DNA of 64,000 nt, taken from assembly GCA_963816185.1 (NCBI GenBank), contig CAWFJJ010000028.1:160001-224000 (forward strand). The letters are read 5' to 3'. This document shows, piece by piece, positions 1-15,480 of this stretch. A program made the position numbers and the translations under genes. Under the pieces are notes generated by a model. That model was given only the letters and a program-made list of their open reading frames with translations, did not search any database and had not been told where the DNA came from. This stretch comes from Thermoanaerobaculia bacterium (GTDB lineage Bacteria > Acidobacteriota > Thermoanaerobaculia > UBA5066). The stretch's first letter is position 1. Each line of letters starts with the position of its first letter.

Positions 1-249
1 ATGCTGGACCACGCGATCGGACCGAACGTCATCCGGACGCTCAAGCAGGGGATGTCCGAGTTCCTCGAGAAGAACGCCGGCAGGGGATGGCGGTCGCTGG
101 AGGACTTCCGCGGCCTGAGGCGCGACCACGTCGTTCCGCAGTCGCAGATCCGCCGCCCGAATCCCGGCGAGTACCACGGCGGGCACGAGGGCGAGGGCTA
201 CGCGGCGCCCGAGCCGGCGCGGGCACCGGCGGGGTCGCGCGAGAAGTAG
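1..249 (+). CDS. C-terminal fragment of dihydropyrimidine dehydrogenase subunit (PreA/PYD1-like), truncated by the window edge
   Basis: MLDHAIGPNVIRTLKQGMSEFL..GWRSLEDFRGL resembles the helix region after the VQVCT motif of PreA/DHOD-family enzymes. The rest of the reductive pyrimidine pathway is adjacent. Confidence 0.6.
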   Translation: MLDHAIGPNVIRTLKQGMSEFLEKNAGRGWRSLEDFRGLRRDHVVPQSQIRRPNPGEYHGGHEGEGYAAPEPARAPAGSREK

Positions 250-260
250 CCCGCGGTGCC

Positions 261-5913
<5,653 letters not shown>

Positions 5914-6018
5914 GCGTGCGCGGCCGCTAGGCCTGTTTGATTCCTGAGACTGATGCGCAGGATCATAGCGGGTTTTCTTCGAAGGTAAATGCGGCCTCGG
6001 ATGAACCGCGATGGCGCC

Positions 6019-7356
6019 TCAGGCCCAGCCGGCCAGCGACTCGTCGAGGATCTTGAGAGCCTCGTCCACCTCGCCGGCGTTCACGACGAGCGGCGGCGAG
6101 ATGCGGATGACGTTGCCGTAGAGCCCGCCCTTGCCGATCAGGAGGCCGCGCTTCTTCGTCTCTTCGAACAGGCGCACGGCCTTTTCCGGCGCGGGCGTCC
6201 GGTCCTGAACGGTTTCGTCGGCCACGAGCTCGACGCCCTGCATGAGGCCCATGCCGCGCACGTCGCCGATCGTCTTCGGGTACTTCTTCTTGAGACCGTC
6301 GAGGCCGCCACGCAGGCGAGAGCCCATCTCGGCCGCGTGCTTCGGCGCGTCGATCTCCTCCATGACCTCGAGCGTCGCGTTCGCGGCGGCCGAGGAGATC
6401 GGGTTCCCGCCGAACGTCGAGATCGAGAGAGCCTTGAGCGAGTCCGCGACCTCCGGCGTCGCGATCGTGACCCCGAGCGGCATCCCGTTCGCGACGCCCT
6501 TGGCCATCGTCATGATCTCGGGCTCGACGTTCCAGTGCGAGATGCCGTACCAGGCACCGCCGGTGCGCCCGAAGCCCGTCTGCACCTCGTCGCAGATGAA
6601 GACGCCGCCGTATTTCCGGACGATCCCGACCGCGATCTCGAAGTACTCCTTCGGCGGCGTGATGAATCCGCCGACCCCCTGGATGGGCTCGGCGATGAAG
6701 CCCGCGATCCGGCCGGTCGTCGTCGTCTTGATCAGCTCTTCGAGGTCCTGGGCGCAGGCGATGCCGCAAGACGGGTACGTGAGCTTCAGCGGGCAGCGGT
6801 AGCAGTACGGCGAGGGCGCGTGCTTGATCGCGGCGATCTGCGTCGGCAGCGCGCGCCACGGTGCATGCGCGGTGAGCGATTGAGCGAGCATCGAGCGGCC
6901 CGAGTAGCCGTGGCGCAGCGCGACGATCTCCGTGCGGCCCGTGTAGACCTGCGCCATCATGACGGCGGTCTCGTCGGCCTCGGTGCCCGAAGACGTGAAG
7001 AACGATTTCCGGAGCCGCCCGGGCGTCAGCCGCGCGAGCTTTTCGGCGAGCTCGACGATGGGCAGAGTCGGATAGAGCGTCGAGACGTGGCCGAGCCGGT
7101 CCACCTGCGCCTTGATGGCGGCGTTCACCTTGTCGTTTGCGTGCCCGACGGAGATCGTCAGGATGCCGCCGAAAAAGTCGAGGTACGTCTTCCCGTCGGC
7201 GTCCCGCACGCGCATCCCCTTGCCGGATTCGAGGACGACGGACTCTTTGTAGTAGTTGGCCACCGACGGAAAGAGGTACTCCTTGTGCTTCGCCCGCACG
7301 TCGGCGGAAGAAAGAGCGGGAGAAGACGAAGGTCTTGCCTCGGAAGTGGGGTTCAT
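6019..7356 (-). CDS. Class-III PLP aminotransferase (beta-alanine/AGXT2-like, PydD-type)
   Basis: YLDFFGG, SGTEADE, AEPIQGVGG, DEVQTGFGRTG, TMAKG, STFGGNP motifs; pyrimidine catabolism context. Confidence 0.88.
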   Translation of the reverse strand: MNPTSEARPSSSPALSSADVRAKHKEYLFPSVANYYKESVVLESGKGMRVRDADGKTYLDFFGGILTISVGHANDKVNAAIKAQVDRLGHVSTLYPTLPIVELAEKLARLTPGRLRKSFFTSSGTEADETAVMMAQVYTGRTEIVALRHGYSGRSMLAQSLTAHAPWRALPTQIAAIKHAPSPYCYRCPLKLTYPSCGIACAQDLEELIKTTTTGRIAGFIAEPIQGVGGFITPPKEYFEIAVGIVRKYGGVFICDEVQTGFGRTGGAWYGISHWNVEPEIMTMAKGVANGMPLGVTIATPEVADSLKALSISTFGGNPISSAAANATLEVMEEIDAPKHAAEMGSRLRGGLDGLKKKYPKTIGDVRGMGLMQGVELVADETVQDRTPAPEKAVRLFEETKKRGLLIGKGGLYGNVIRISPPLVVNAGEVDEALKILDESLAGWA

Positions 7357-7405
7357 GACAGGGCTCCCTTCGAATGCTGGCTCAGAAGCAGGTCATAAGG
7401 GCGCA

Positions 7406-7576
7406 TTTCTTAGAAGGTGAATGGGGAAGAGCGGCTCGGGGACTCACCTCGCGACGGGCGGGCTCAAGTGCACATCGCAGCGGAGCTTTTCTTAGAAGGT
7501 GAATGTGGGCATGCCGCTCGAGGAATCGCGCCGCGGGGCACCCGACGACGTAGCCCCGCTCACCCCTTCTAAGAAA
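7406..7576. repeat. Short intergenic repeat / MITE-like element
   Basis: tttcttagaaggtgaatg at 7406-7423 and 7488-7505; inverted 12-mer ccttctaagaaa at 7565-7576. Confidence 0.55.
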
Positions 7577-7613
7577 CTTTGCAGGCCATCGTATGTCCAC
7601 TCAGACACCGCAA

Positions 7614-8999
7614 CTACGATCGGGTCTTTCTTAGCAGAAAATTCCCTCTTCCCGCTTTCCCCTTGAACGTCCCATTCTCGACGATCACTTCGCCGCGCGA
7701 AATCACCGTGTCCGCTGCGCCCTGGACGACGCGACCTTCGTAGGGCGTGTAGTCGACGCGCTGGTGGAGCGTCTTGGCGTTCAGCGTGAGCTTCCGGTTC
7801 GGGTCGAAGACGACGAGGTCGGCATCGGAGCCGGGGGCGATCGTCCCTTTCTTCGGGAAGAGCCCGAAGATCTTCGCAGGCGACGTGGAGGTCAGCTCGA
7901 CGAAACGGTTCACGGAGATGCGGTTCCTGACGACGCCGCCGTCGTACAGGAGGGACATACGCGTCTCGATTCCGGGAGCGCCGTTCGGGATCTTCGAGAA
8001 GTCGCCCTGGCCGAGATCCTTCTGGCCCTTCATGCAGAACGGGCAGTGGTCGGTCGACACGGCCTGCAGGTCGTTCATGCGGAGGCCGCGCCACAGCGCC
8101 TCTTCATTGCCTTTCGCCCGGAGCGGAGGCGACATCACGTACTTGGCGCCCTCGAACCCTGGCTCCTCGTAGTTGTCGTACGAGAGGAAGAGATACTGCG
8201 GGCAGGTCTCCGCGTGCATGGGCAGGCCGCGGTCGCGCGCCTCCGCGATCTTCTCGAGCGCCTCGGCGGCCGAGAGGTGAACGACGTAGAGCGGGGCGCC
8301 CGCCATCTCGGCGAGGCAGATCGCGCGGTACGTCGCCTCGGCCTCCGCGCGAGGCGGCCGCGTGAGCGCGTGCCACTTCGGGGCCGTGTGGCCCTCGGCG
8401 AGCGCGCGCCTCACGAGGACGTCGATGACGTCGCCGTTCTCGGCGTGCATGCAGATCGTGCCGCCGTTCTCGCCGGTCCTGAGGAAGGCGCGGAAGATGG
8501 AGCCGTCGTCGAGCATGAGGACGCCGCGGTAGGCCATGAAGAGCTTGAACGACGTCACGCCTTCCTTGACGAGGGCGTCCATCTCCTTCTCGACGGCTTC
8601 GGGAAGGTCCGTGATGATCATGTGGAAGCCGTAGTCGATTGCGGCCTTGCCTTCCGCCTTCTTCATCCAGGCGTCGCGAGCGTCGCGAAGCGCCTGACCC
8701 TTGTACTGGATCGCGAAGTCCACGATGGAGGTCGTGCCGCCGTGGGCCGCGGCGATCGTGCCGCTCTCGAAGTCGTCGGCGGAGGTCGTGCCTCCGAACG
8801 GCATGTCGAGATGCGTGTGCGCATCGATGCCGCCCGGGATGACGAGCTTGTTGGTGGCGTCGAGGATGCGTGCGTCGAGAGCGGGCGCGGTGCCGGCGGC
8901 GAAGATCGCGGAGATCGTCGAGTCTTCGACGAGAATGTCGCCGAGATAGTCGTCGACAGCGGTGACGACGCGTCCGCCCTTGATGAGAAGACGATTCAT
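7614..8999 (-). CDS. hydA: Dihydropyrimidinase (D-hydantoinase)
   Basis: PGGIDAHTH, GGTTSIVDF, SFKLFMAY, HAENG, YVVHLS, ETCPQYL, STDHCPF, IPNGAPG. Confidence 0.95.
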   Translation of the reverse strand: MNRLLIKGGRVVTAVDDYLGDILVEDSTISAIFAAGTAPALDARILDATNKLVIPGGIDAHTHLDMPFGGTTSADDFESGTIAAAHGGTTSIVDFAIQYKGQALRDARDAWMKKAEGKAAIDYGFHMIITDLPEAVEKEMDALVKEGVTSFKLFMAYRGVLMLDDGSIFRAFLRTGENGGTICMHAENGDVIDVLVRRALAEGHTAPKWHALTRPPRAEAEATYRAICLAEMAGAPLYVVHLSAAEALEKIAEARDRGLPMHAETCPQYLFLSYDNYEEPGFEGAKYVMSPPLRAKGNEEALWRGLRMNDLQAVSTDHCPFCMKGQKDLGQGDFSKIPNGAPGIETRMSLLYDGGVVRNRISVNRFVELTSTSPAKIFGLFPKKGTIAPGSDADLVVFDPNRKLTLNAKTLHQRVDYTPYEGRVVQGAADTVISRGEVIVENGTFKGKAGRGNFLLRKTRS

Positions 9000-9005
9000 G
9001 CTTTG

Positions 9006-9175
9006 CCTCGCGGGGCCGGAGCCCCTCCTCCTGCTCGCGCAAACTCGCTTCGCTCAGACAGAGCGCTCGGGCGTTGGGGAACGCCGGCTCCTCGCAGGGG
9101 CGGCACCCCTCCTCCTACTCGCGCAAACTCGCTTCGCTCAGACATGCGCTCGGGCGTCGGAGGGGCGTCGCCCCC
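9006..9175. repeat. Tandem ~84-bp REP-like repeat, 2 copies
   Basis: cccctcctcct(g/a)ctcgcgcaaactcgcttcgctcagaca at 9022-9060 and 9106-9144, each followed by gcgctcgggcgt. Confidence 0.8.
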
Positions 9176-9247
9176 GCTCGTCGCGAAAGGGCGGTGCCCC
9201 TCTTCCTTTCTAAGCAAATCTTTCCTCGTGCTCTTCGAACGTCTCAT

Positions 9248-10114
9248 TTAAAGCGCGACGAGCCGATCGTAAGTTTCCGGCCGCCGGTCGCGGAAGAACT
9301 GCCAGGTGCGGCGGACCTCCTCGATCATGTCGAGGTCGCACGTCGCGACGACCAGCTCGTCCTTGTCTTCGCCGGCGATTGCGAGGAAGTTGCCTCGCGG
9401 GTCGACGATGTACGACGAGCCGTAGAAACGGCCGATGTTCCACGGCGCTTCGGTGCCGACGCGATTCGACGCGGCGACGAAGTAGCCGTTCGCGACTGCG
9501 TGCGCGGGCTGCTCGAGCTTCCAGAGGTACTGCGAGAGGCCGGCGACGGTCGCCGACGGGTTGAAGACGATCTCGGCGCCGTTCAGGCCCAGCGCGCGCG
9601 CGCCCTCGGGGAAATGGCGGTCGTAGCAGATGTAAACGCCCACCTTCGCGAATCGCGTCTGGAAGACCGGGTAGCCCAAGTTCCCCGGCTTGAAGAAGTA
9701 CTTCTCCCAGAAGCCGGACGTGTGCGGGATGTGGTTCTTTCGGTACTTCCCGAGGTACGCCCCGTCCGAGTCGTAGACCGCTGCGGTGTTGTAGTAAACG
9801 CCCGCGTCCTCGCGCTCGTACACGGGCACGACGATCGCCATCCGGTACTTCTTCGCGACCTTCGCGATCGCCTCGGTCGTGGGCCCGGGCACGCTCTCGG
9901 CGGCGTCGTACCAGTACGGGTCCTGCGACGGGCAGAAATACGGCCCGTTGAAGATCTCCTGCAGCCCGAGAATCTGCACGCCCTTTTTCCCGGCCTCGTG
10001 GACGAAGGGAAGGTGCAGGTCCATCGCGGCCTTCTGCACCTTCGCGAGCGGAGCCTTCGGATCGGAAACCGGGTTATGCGTCTGGATCAGGCCAACGGTC
10101 ACGTTCCGCGGCAT
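9248..10114 (-). CDS. Beta-ureidopropionase (nitrilase family, beta-alanine synthase)
   Basis: Glu-Lys-Cys triad motifs LQEIFNGPYFC, YRKNHIP, ICYDRHFPE; FWEKYFF; WQFFRDRRP. Confidence 0.92.
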   Translation of the reverse strand: MPRNVTVGLIQTHNPVSDPKAPLAKVQKAAMDLHLPFVHEAGKKGVQILGLQEIFNGPYFCPSQDPYWYDAAESVPGPTTEAIAKVAKKYRMAIVVPVYEREDAGVYYNTAAVYDSDGAYLGKYRKNHIPHTSGFWEKYFFKPGNLGYPVFQTRFAKVGVYICYDRHFPEGARALGLNGAEIVFNPSATVAGLSQYLWKLEQPAHAVANGYFVAASNRVGTEAPWNIGRFYGSSYIVDPRGNFLAIAGEDKDELVVATCDLDMIEEVRRTWQFFRDRRPETYDRLVAL

Positions 10115-10199
10115 TCATCTCCTCCAAAGCCCGGAGCGCACTCGGGAGCTTCGGCGCATCTCGTGCTCTTCACACTCGAAGAAATTCTCTTTTTGTATT

Positions 10200-11720
10200 T
10201 CAGAACCACCGCTCGATGACGACCTTCTGGTCCGTGTAGAAGACGACGCTGTCGCGACCGGTCGCCTTCACGTCGCCGAAGAAGCTCTCCTTCGAGCCCC
10301 CGAAGGGGAAGAACGCCATCGGCGCCGCGACGCCCACGTTCACGCCGACCATCGCCGGAGGCGCCTGCATGGCGAAGTCGCGAGCGGCCTTGCCGCTCGT
10401 GGTGAAGATCGACGTCGTGTTCGCCTGCGGGTGTGCGTGGAGGAGCTCGAGCGCGCCGGCCGTGTCCGGCACGTTCACGAGCGACAGCACGGGTCCGAAG
10501 ATCTCGTCGCGCGCGACGGACGACTTCGGATTCACCTTGTCGAACACCGTGGGCCCGAGGAAGAAGCCCTTTTCGCGGCCCTTCACCGTGTGGCGGCGCC
10601 CGTCGAGGAGAAGCTCTGCCCCATCGGCGATGCCCTTCTCGATGTAAGACACGATGCGCTGCCGCGCGCTCTCGCGGATGACCGGGCCCATGGAAACGCC
10701 GGACTCGGCGCCGTCGCCCACGCGGATGGACTTCGCCGCGGCCACGAGCCGCTCTTTGATCTCGCCGTGCGATTTTCCGATCGTCACGACGACCGAGCCC
10801 GCGAGGCAGCGCTCGCCCGCGCAGCCGTAGCAGGATTCCGACACGACGCCGATGGACTTGTCGAGGTTCGCGTCGGGCATCACGACGATGAAGTTCTTCG
10901 CGCCCCCGAGCGCCTGCACGCGCTTTCCCGCGTGCGTTCCCGTGCGGTAGACGTGCCTGGCCACAGGCGTCGAGCCCACGAAGGAGACGCCCTTGACATC
11001 CGGGTGCTCGCAGAGGCCGTTCACGACGTCGACGCCGCCGTTCACGATGTTCACGACTCCGGGAGGAACGCAGCCTTCGAGGAGCTCGTGGATGCGCTTT
11101 TGAGAGAGCGGCACGAGCTCCGACGGCTTCAGGACGAACGTGTTCCCCGTCGCAACCGCGAACGGCAGGAACCAAAGCGGAACCATGGCGGGGAAGTTGA
11201 ACGGCGCGATGGCCCCGAACACGCCGAGAGGCTGGCGGTGGACGTCGCAGTCGATGCCGCGCGCGATGTCCTCGAGGCCCGAGCCCATCATGAGCGAGGG
11301 CATGCCGCACGCGACCTCCACGCACTCGATGCCGCGCCGCACCGAGCCGCGCGCCTCGTCCAGAGTCTTGCCGTGCTCGGTCGTCACGATCCGGGCCAGC
11401 TCCTCGAAATGTTCCTCGAGGCGGTTCTTGAAGGCGAACATGGTCCGAGCGCGCTCGACGACTGGTGTCGCGCGCCAGGCCGGGAACGCGGCCTTCGCGG
11501 CCGCGACTGCCGCGTCCACGTCCCCCCGGGTCGAGAGCGGCGTCTTTGCGATCACCGCGCCGGTGGCCGGATTGAAGACGTCGACGGTGCCCGAGGCGCG
11601 CGCGTCGACCCACATTCCGCCGATGAAGTTCGAGAGAACGGGAACGTGGGCCGCGTGAGATCCCGACGAAGTGCTTCGCGTGGCGCCGGGCGTCGTTGCG
11701 GTGGGGGCGGAAGTAGCCAT
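10200..11720 (-). CDS. mmsA: CoA-acylating (methyl)malonate-semialdehyde dehydrogenase
   Basis: APFNFPAM, LKPSE, SFVGST, GGAKN, GCAGERCLA, EIFGPV, FPFGGSK. Confidence 0.92.
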   Translation of the reverse strand: MATSAPTATTPGATRSTSSGSHAAHVPVLSNFIGGMWVDARASGTVDVFNPATGAVIAKTPLSTRGDVDAAVAAAKAAFPAWRATPVVERARTMFAFKNRLEEHFEELARIVTTEHGKTLDEARGSVRRGIECVEVACGMPSLMMGSGLEDIARGIDCDVHRQPLGVFGAIAPFNFPAMVPLWFLPFAVATGNTFVLKPSELVPLSQKRIHELLEGCVPPGVVNIVNGGVDVVNGLCEHPDVKGVSFVGSTPVARHVYRTGTHAGKRVQALGGAKNFIVVMPDANLDKSIGVVSESCYGCAGERCLAGSVVVTIGKSHGEIKERLVAAAKSIRVGDGAESGVSMGPVIRESARQRIVSYIEKGIADGAELLLDGRRHTVKGREKGFFLGPTVFDKVNPKSSVARDEIFGPVLSLVNVPDTAGALELLHAHPQANTTSIFTTSGKAARDFAMQAPPAMVGVNVGVAAPMAFFPFGGSKESFFGDVKATGRDSVVFYTDQKVVIERWF

Positions 11721-11780
11721 TGCGTCACCTCCAGGGGAAGGTGATTCTAAGCCCGGGCCGTGGGGGAGCCGGCGCTGCCG

Positions 11781-12995
11781 TCAGCGCGCGAGCAGCGTTC
11801 CGACCCGGTCGAGAACTCGCTCGGCAACTTCGGCCTTCGAGAGGAGCGGAAGCTCTTCGGCTCCGGCCGCGTCGATCAGCGTGACCCGGTTGCTGTCGGA
11901 GCCGAACCCCGAGTCCTTCCGCATGACGTCGTTCGCCACGACGAGCGACAGGCGTTTCTCCTTCAGCTTCTTTCGCGCGTTCGGCACGAGGTCGCTCGTC
12001 TCGGCGGCGAATCCCACGACGCAGGTCGGGCGTCCGCTCCTGGCGCGCGCTTCGGCGACGGCCGAGAGGATGTCGGCCGTGCGCTCGAGCTCGAGCGCCG
12101 GCGGGCCGGCATCCTTCTTGAGCTTCTGAGCCGCGGGCCGCGCGGGTCGAAAGTCCGCGACCGCCGCGGCCATGAGGAGGACGTCCGCCCGGGCGCCCGC
12201 CTCGAGAACGGCGTGAGCCATCTCGTCCGCGGTTCCGACATCGATCCTCTCCGCGCCCACCGGCGTCGCCAGATGACATGGCGCGGCGACGAGCGTCACC
12301 TCCGCACCCCGGTCGAGAGCGGCCTCGGCCAGCGCGAAGCCCTGCTTGCCGGACGAGCGGTTCGCGAGGACGCGCACCGGATCGACCGGCTCTTCCGTGC
12401 CTCCCGCCGTCACGATGACGTGCCGTCCAGCGAGCGGACCATTCCGGCCGGCCGCGCGCCGGACGTGGCCGAGGATCTCGTCCGGCTCGAGCATTCGGCC
12501 GCGTCCCGCGAGGCCCGAAGCCATCCGCCCCTCGGCGGGCCCGATTACGGTGACGCCGCGCGCGCGAAGTGTCGCGAGATTCGCCTGGACCGCGGGATGC
12601 TCGAACATGCCGGCGTCCATCGCGGGAGCGACGAGGAGCGGGCACCGCGCCGCAAGGGCCGTCACGGTGAGGAGGTCGTCGGCGAGCCCGAGCGCGAGCT
12701 TCGCGAGAATGTCGGCTGTGGCCGGCGCGACGAGGAGGAGGTCCGCCCCTTCGCCGAGGCCGACGTGCAGGATGTGCGCGTCCGCGCCCCAGAGGTCCGT
12801 GTACGCGTGGCGGCCCGTGAGGGATTGAAACGTCAAGGGTGTGACGAATCGGGCTGCGGCCGCCGTCAGAATCGCATCCACATGCGCGCCCGCCTGCGTG
12901 AGCTGGCTCGCGAGATCGGCCCCCTTGTACGCGGCGATCGAACCGGCGACGCCGAGTAGGATTCTCTTGCCGCGGAGGATCGGGATCACGTTCAT
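11781..12995 (-). CDS. coaBC: Phosphopantothenoylcysteine decarboxylase/ligase
   Basis: Start ATG 12995 (MNVIPILRGKRILLGVAGSIAAYK); APAMD, TAGGTEE.VDPVR, NRSSGKQG, AAVADF, GFAAET. Confidence 0.95.
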   Translation of the reverse strand: MNVIPILRGKRILLGVAGSIAAYKGADLASQLTQAGAHVDAILTAAAARFVTPLTFQSLTGRHAYTDLWGADAHILHVGLGEGADLLLVAPATADILAKLALGLADDLLTVTALAARCPLLVAPAMDAGMFEHPAVQANLATLRARGVTVIGPAEGRMASGLAGRGRMLEPDEILGHVRRAAGRNGPLAGRHVIVTAGGTEEPVDPVRVLANRSSGKQGFALAEAALDRGAEVTLVAAPCHLATPVGAERIDVGTADEMAHAVLEAGARADVLLMAAAVADFRPARPAAQKLKKDAGPPALELERTADILSAVAEARARSGRPTCVVGFAAETSDLVPNARKKLKEKRLSLVVANDVMRKDSGFGSDSNRVTLIDAAGAEELPLLSKAEVAERVLDRVGTLLAR

Positions 12996-13765
12996 CAGTC
13001 GCCCGCGTTCATCTCGTAGACGAGGCGCAGGCCGTCCAGTGTGAGCCACGGGGCCACGACGTCGATCACCGGAGTCTCCTTCGCGACCGTCTCGGCGAGG
13101 CCGCCCGTGGCGACCACCTTCATCCCCGGTCCGAGCTCTTTCCGGAAGCGCGCCACCATTCCCTCGACGAGACTTACGTATCCGAAAAGCAGCCCCGACT
13201 GGATGGAATGCACGGTGTTCTTCCCGATCGCGGACGGCGGGCGCACGAGGTCCACGCGCGGGAGCTTCGCCGCGCGCTGGAACAGGGCGTCCGCCGCGAT
13301 GCCGATTCCGGGCGCGATGGCGCCGCCGAGGTAATCGCCCTCGGCTGAGATCGCGTCGAATGTCGTGGCGGTGCCGAAGTCGACGCAGCACGCGGGCCCG
13401 CCGTAGAGATGGCGGATCGCAGCGGCGTCCACGACGCGGTCCGCGCCGACCTGCTTCGGATCGTCGTACCGGATGCGCACGCCCGTCTTCACGCCGGCAT
13501 CCACGACGAGCGGCGTCCGGCCAAGATACCGTACGGCCGCTTCTTCGAGGACGCCCGTGAGCGGCGGGACGACCGACGCCATGACGACCGCATCCACGGC
13601 CTCGACCTCGAAGCCCGCGTGCTCGAGCAGGTCGTCGAGCAGCATCCCGTATTCGTCCGCCGTGCGGTTGTGCACAGTGGCCAGGCGCCATCTCGGGCCC
13701 GGCGCGGACCCGTCGTAGAGGCCGAGCGTGATGTTGCTGTTTCCGACGTCGATGGCGAGGAGCAT
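12995..13765 (-). CDS. coaX: Type III pantothenate kinase
   Basis: MLLAIDVGNSN, ASVVP, VGADR, VDFGTATT, GGAIAPG, ATGG. Confidence 0.95.
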   Translation of the reverse strand: MLLAIDVGNSNITLGLYDGSAPGPRWRLATVHNRTADEYGMLLDDLLEHAGFEVEAVDAVVMASVVPPLTGVLEEAAVRYLGRTPLVVDAGVKTGVRIRYDDPKQVGADRVVDAAAIRHLYGGPACCVDFGTATTFDAISAEGDYLGGAIAPGIGIAADALFQRAAKLPRVDLVRPPSAIGKNTVHSIQSGLLFGYVSLVEGMVARFRKELGPGMKVVATGGLAETVAKETPVIDVVAPWLTLDGLRLVYEMNAGD

Positions 13766-14604
13766 CAGGTTTCTCCGAGGACGACGTTGTCGAGGAGCCG
13801 CGTCTTTCCGATGCGCGCGGCGAGGGACACGAGTGCGGCGCCCTCGACGCGGTCGACCTCTTTGAGCGTCGAGGCATCGGCGACGGAGACATAGTCGGGG
13901 TGGACGAGCGGCTCGCCCGCGAGCATCTCCGTCAGGATGGCGCGCAGCCGGCGCGCATCGCGCTCCCCGGAGTCGTAGGCCGCGCGAGCGGCCTCGAGGG
14001 CGCGGTGAAGCACGGGCGCCGCCCGGCGCTCGTCGGGGCCGAGATAGACGTTCCGGCTGCTCAGGGCGAGCCCGTCCTTTTCCCGGACGATGGGGCACAC
14101 GACGACGTCGACGGGAATCGACAGGTCCTCGACCATCCGCCGGATCACGGCGACTTGCTGCGCGTCCTTCTGCCCGAAATACGCCCTCTCCGGCCGGAAG
14201 ACGTTGAGGAGTTTCGCGACCACGGTCGCGACACCTCGAAAGTGGCCGGGGCGAAGGGCGCCTTCGAGCGGCGCGCTCACGTCTTCCACCGTGATCCACG
14301 TCTGGAATCCCGGCGGGTAGACCTCGCCCGCCGATGGAGTCCAGACGGCGTCCAGGCCGAGCGAGGCGAGGAGGCCGAGGTCGTTGTCGAGAGACCGCGG
14401 ATACGCCACGAAGTCCTCCGCCGGACCGAACTGGCTCGGGTTGACGAAGATGCTCGCCGCGGCGTGCTCGTTCTCCTTTCGCGCGCGCGCCACCAGCGAC
14501 AGATGCCCCGCGTGGAGCGCGCCCATCGTCGGCACGAGGCCGAGCGACCCTTCGCGGGAGGCGCGGAACGCGCGCACGTCGGCAGCCGTCGTGAGGACTT
14601 TCAT
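13765..14604 (-). CDS. panC: Pantoate--beta-alanine ligase
   Basis: VPTMGALHAGH, SIFVNPSQF, RPGHFRGV, FGQKDAQQ, GLALSSRN, RLLDN. Confidence 0.96.
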   Translation of the reverse strand: MKVLTTAADVRAFRASREGSLGLVPTMGALHAGHLSLVARARKENEHAAASIFVNPSQFGPAEDFVAYPRSLDNDLGLLASLGLDAVWTPSAGEVYPPGFQTWITVEDVSAPLEGALRPGHFRGVATVVAKLLNVFRPERAYFGQKDAQQVAVIRRMVEDLSIPVDVVVCPIVREKDGLALSSRNVYLGPDERRAAPVLHRALEAARAAYDSGERDARRLRAILTEMLAGEPLVHPDYVSVADASTLKEVDRVEGAALVSLAARIGKTRLLDNVVLGET

Positions 14605-15476
14605 GCCGCGGCGCGGGCGCCGTGAAGGCGCAGGAGCGTCTCGTTCGCCGGCGTGGGGACTCCGAGGCTTGCCCCCTCGCGCACGACGGCGCCGTTGATC
14701 GCGTCGATCTCCGTGGGCGCGCCTCTCAGGACGTCCTGGAGCGTCGAGGAGTGGTTCGACGCCGTGGCGCGTGCCACGCGCCGCGCCTCGGCGGCGGCGT
14801 CGGGGAAGGGAAGAGCGATTCCCTTCGCGCGTGCAACCTCCGCGACCTCGTTTGCCGCGCCATCGAGGAGCGCGAGGGCTTCGGGGCGCTCGAGCAGCCG
14901 GCCGTTCGGAACCCTCAGGATCGCGCTCAAGGCATTGATGCCTGCGTTCACGGCAAGCTTTCCCCACGCGAGCGAAGCTCCCTGGGCGGGATCGACGGCG
15001 CGCGCGTCGAGACCGGCGGAGCGAAAGACCGCCGCGAGGGAGTCGGGCCCGGCGATGTGCGTGGGGCCGTCGCCGCAAGGGCGCACGCGCCCGGGCGCCA
15101 GCAGCGTCGCCCCTTGCTCCGTCACGCCGAGGAAAGCCCGCGGGCCGAGCTTCTCGACGTTCCCGAGGCCGTTCTGAAGCGTGAGGACGCTCCCGTCGGG
15201 GCCGGCCAAAGCAGGAACGTCGCGCGCCACGCGGTCGGTCTGCCAGGCCTTGACGAGGACGAGGACGAGATCCGCGGCGTCGAGCGGGGCTCCGAGGCGC
15301 GCGCCTTCGACGGCGAAGGCCTCTGACCCGCGAGGCGTCTCGAGGACGATGCCGCCGCGTGCGATGGCGTCGAGCCCTTCCGTCCAGGTTCCGACGAGCG
15401 TGACCTCGGCCACACGCGCGAGGCGCGCCCCGAAGAAGCAGGCCAGCGCTCCCGTTCCGAGGACGTGGACCCTCAT
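14601..15476 (-). CDS. panE: Ketopantoate reductase
   Basis: MRVHVLGTGALA, LVKAWQ, TLQNGLG, WGKLAVN, SSTLQD, TEIDAING. Confidence 0.9.
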   Translation of the reverse strand: MRVHVLGTGALACFFGARLARVAEVTLVGTWTEGLDAIARGGIVLETPRGSEAFAVEGARLGAPLDAADLVLVLVKAWQTDRVARDVPALAGPDGSVLTLQNGLGNVEKLGPRAFLGVTEQGATLLAPGRVRPCGDGPTHIAGPDSLAAVFRSAGLDARAVDPAQGASLAWGKLAVNAGINALSAILRVPNGRLLERPEALALLDGAANEVAEVARAKGIALPFPDAAAEARRVARATASNHSSTLQDVLRGAPTEIDAINGAVVREGASLGVPTPANETLLRLHGARAAA

Positions 15477-15480
15477 CGCG

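Noticed and set aside
9006-9175. Possible CRISPR array
   Set aside because: Only two units, the intervening sequences are similar rather than unique, and there are no cas genes.
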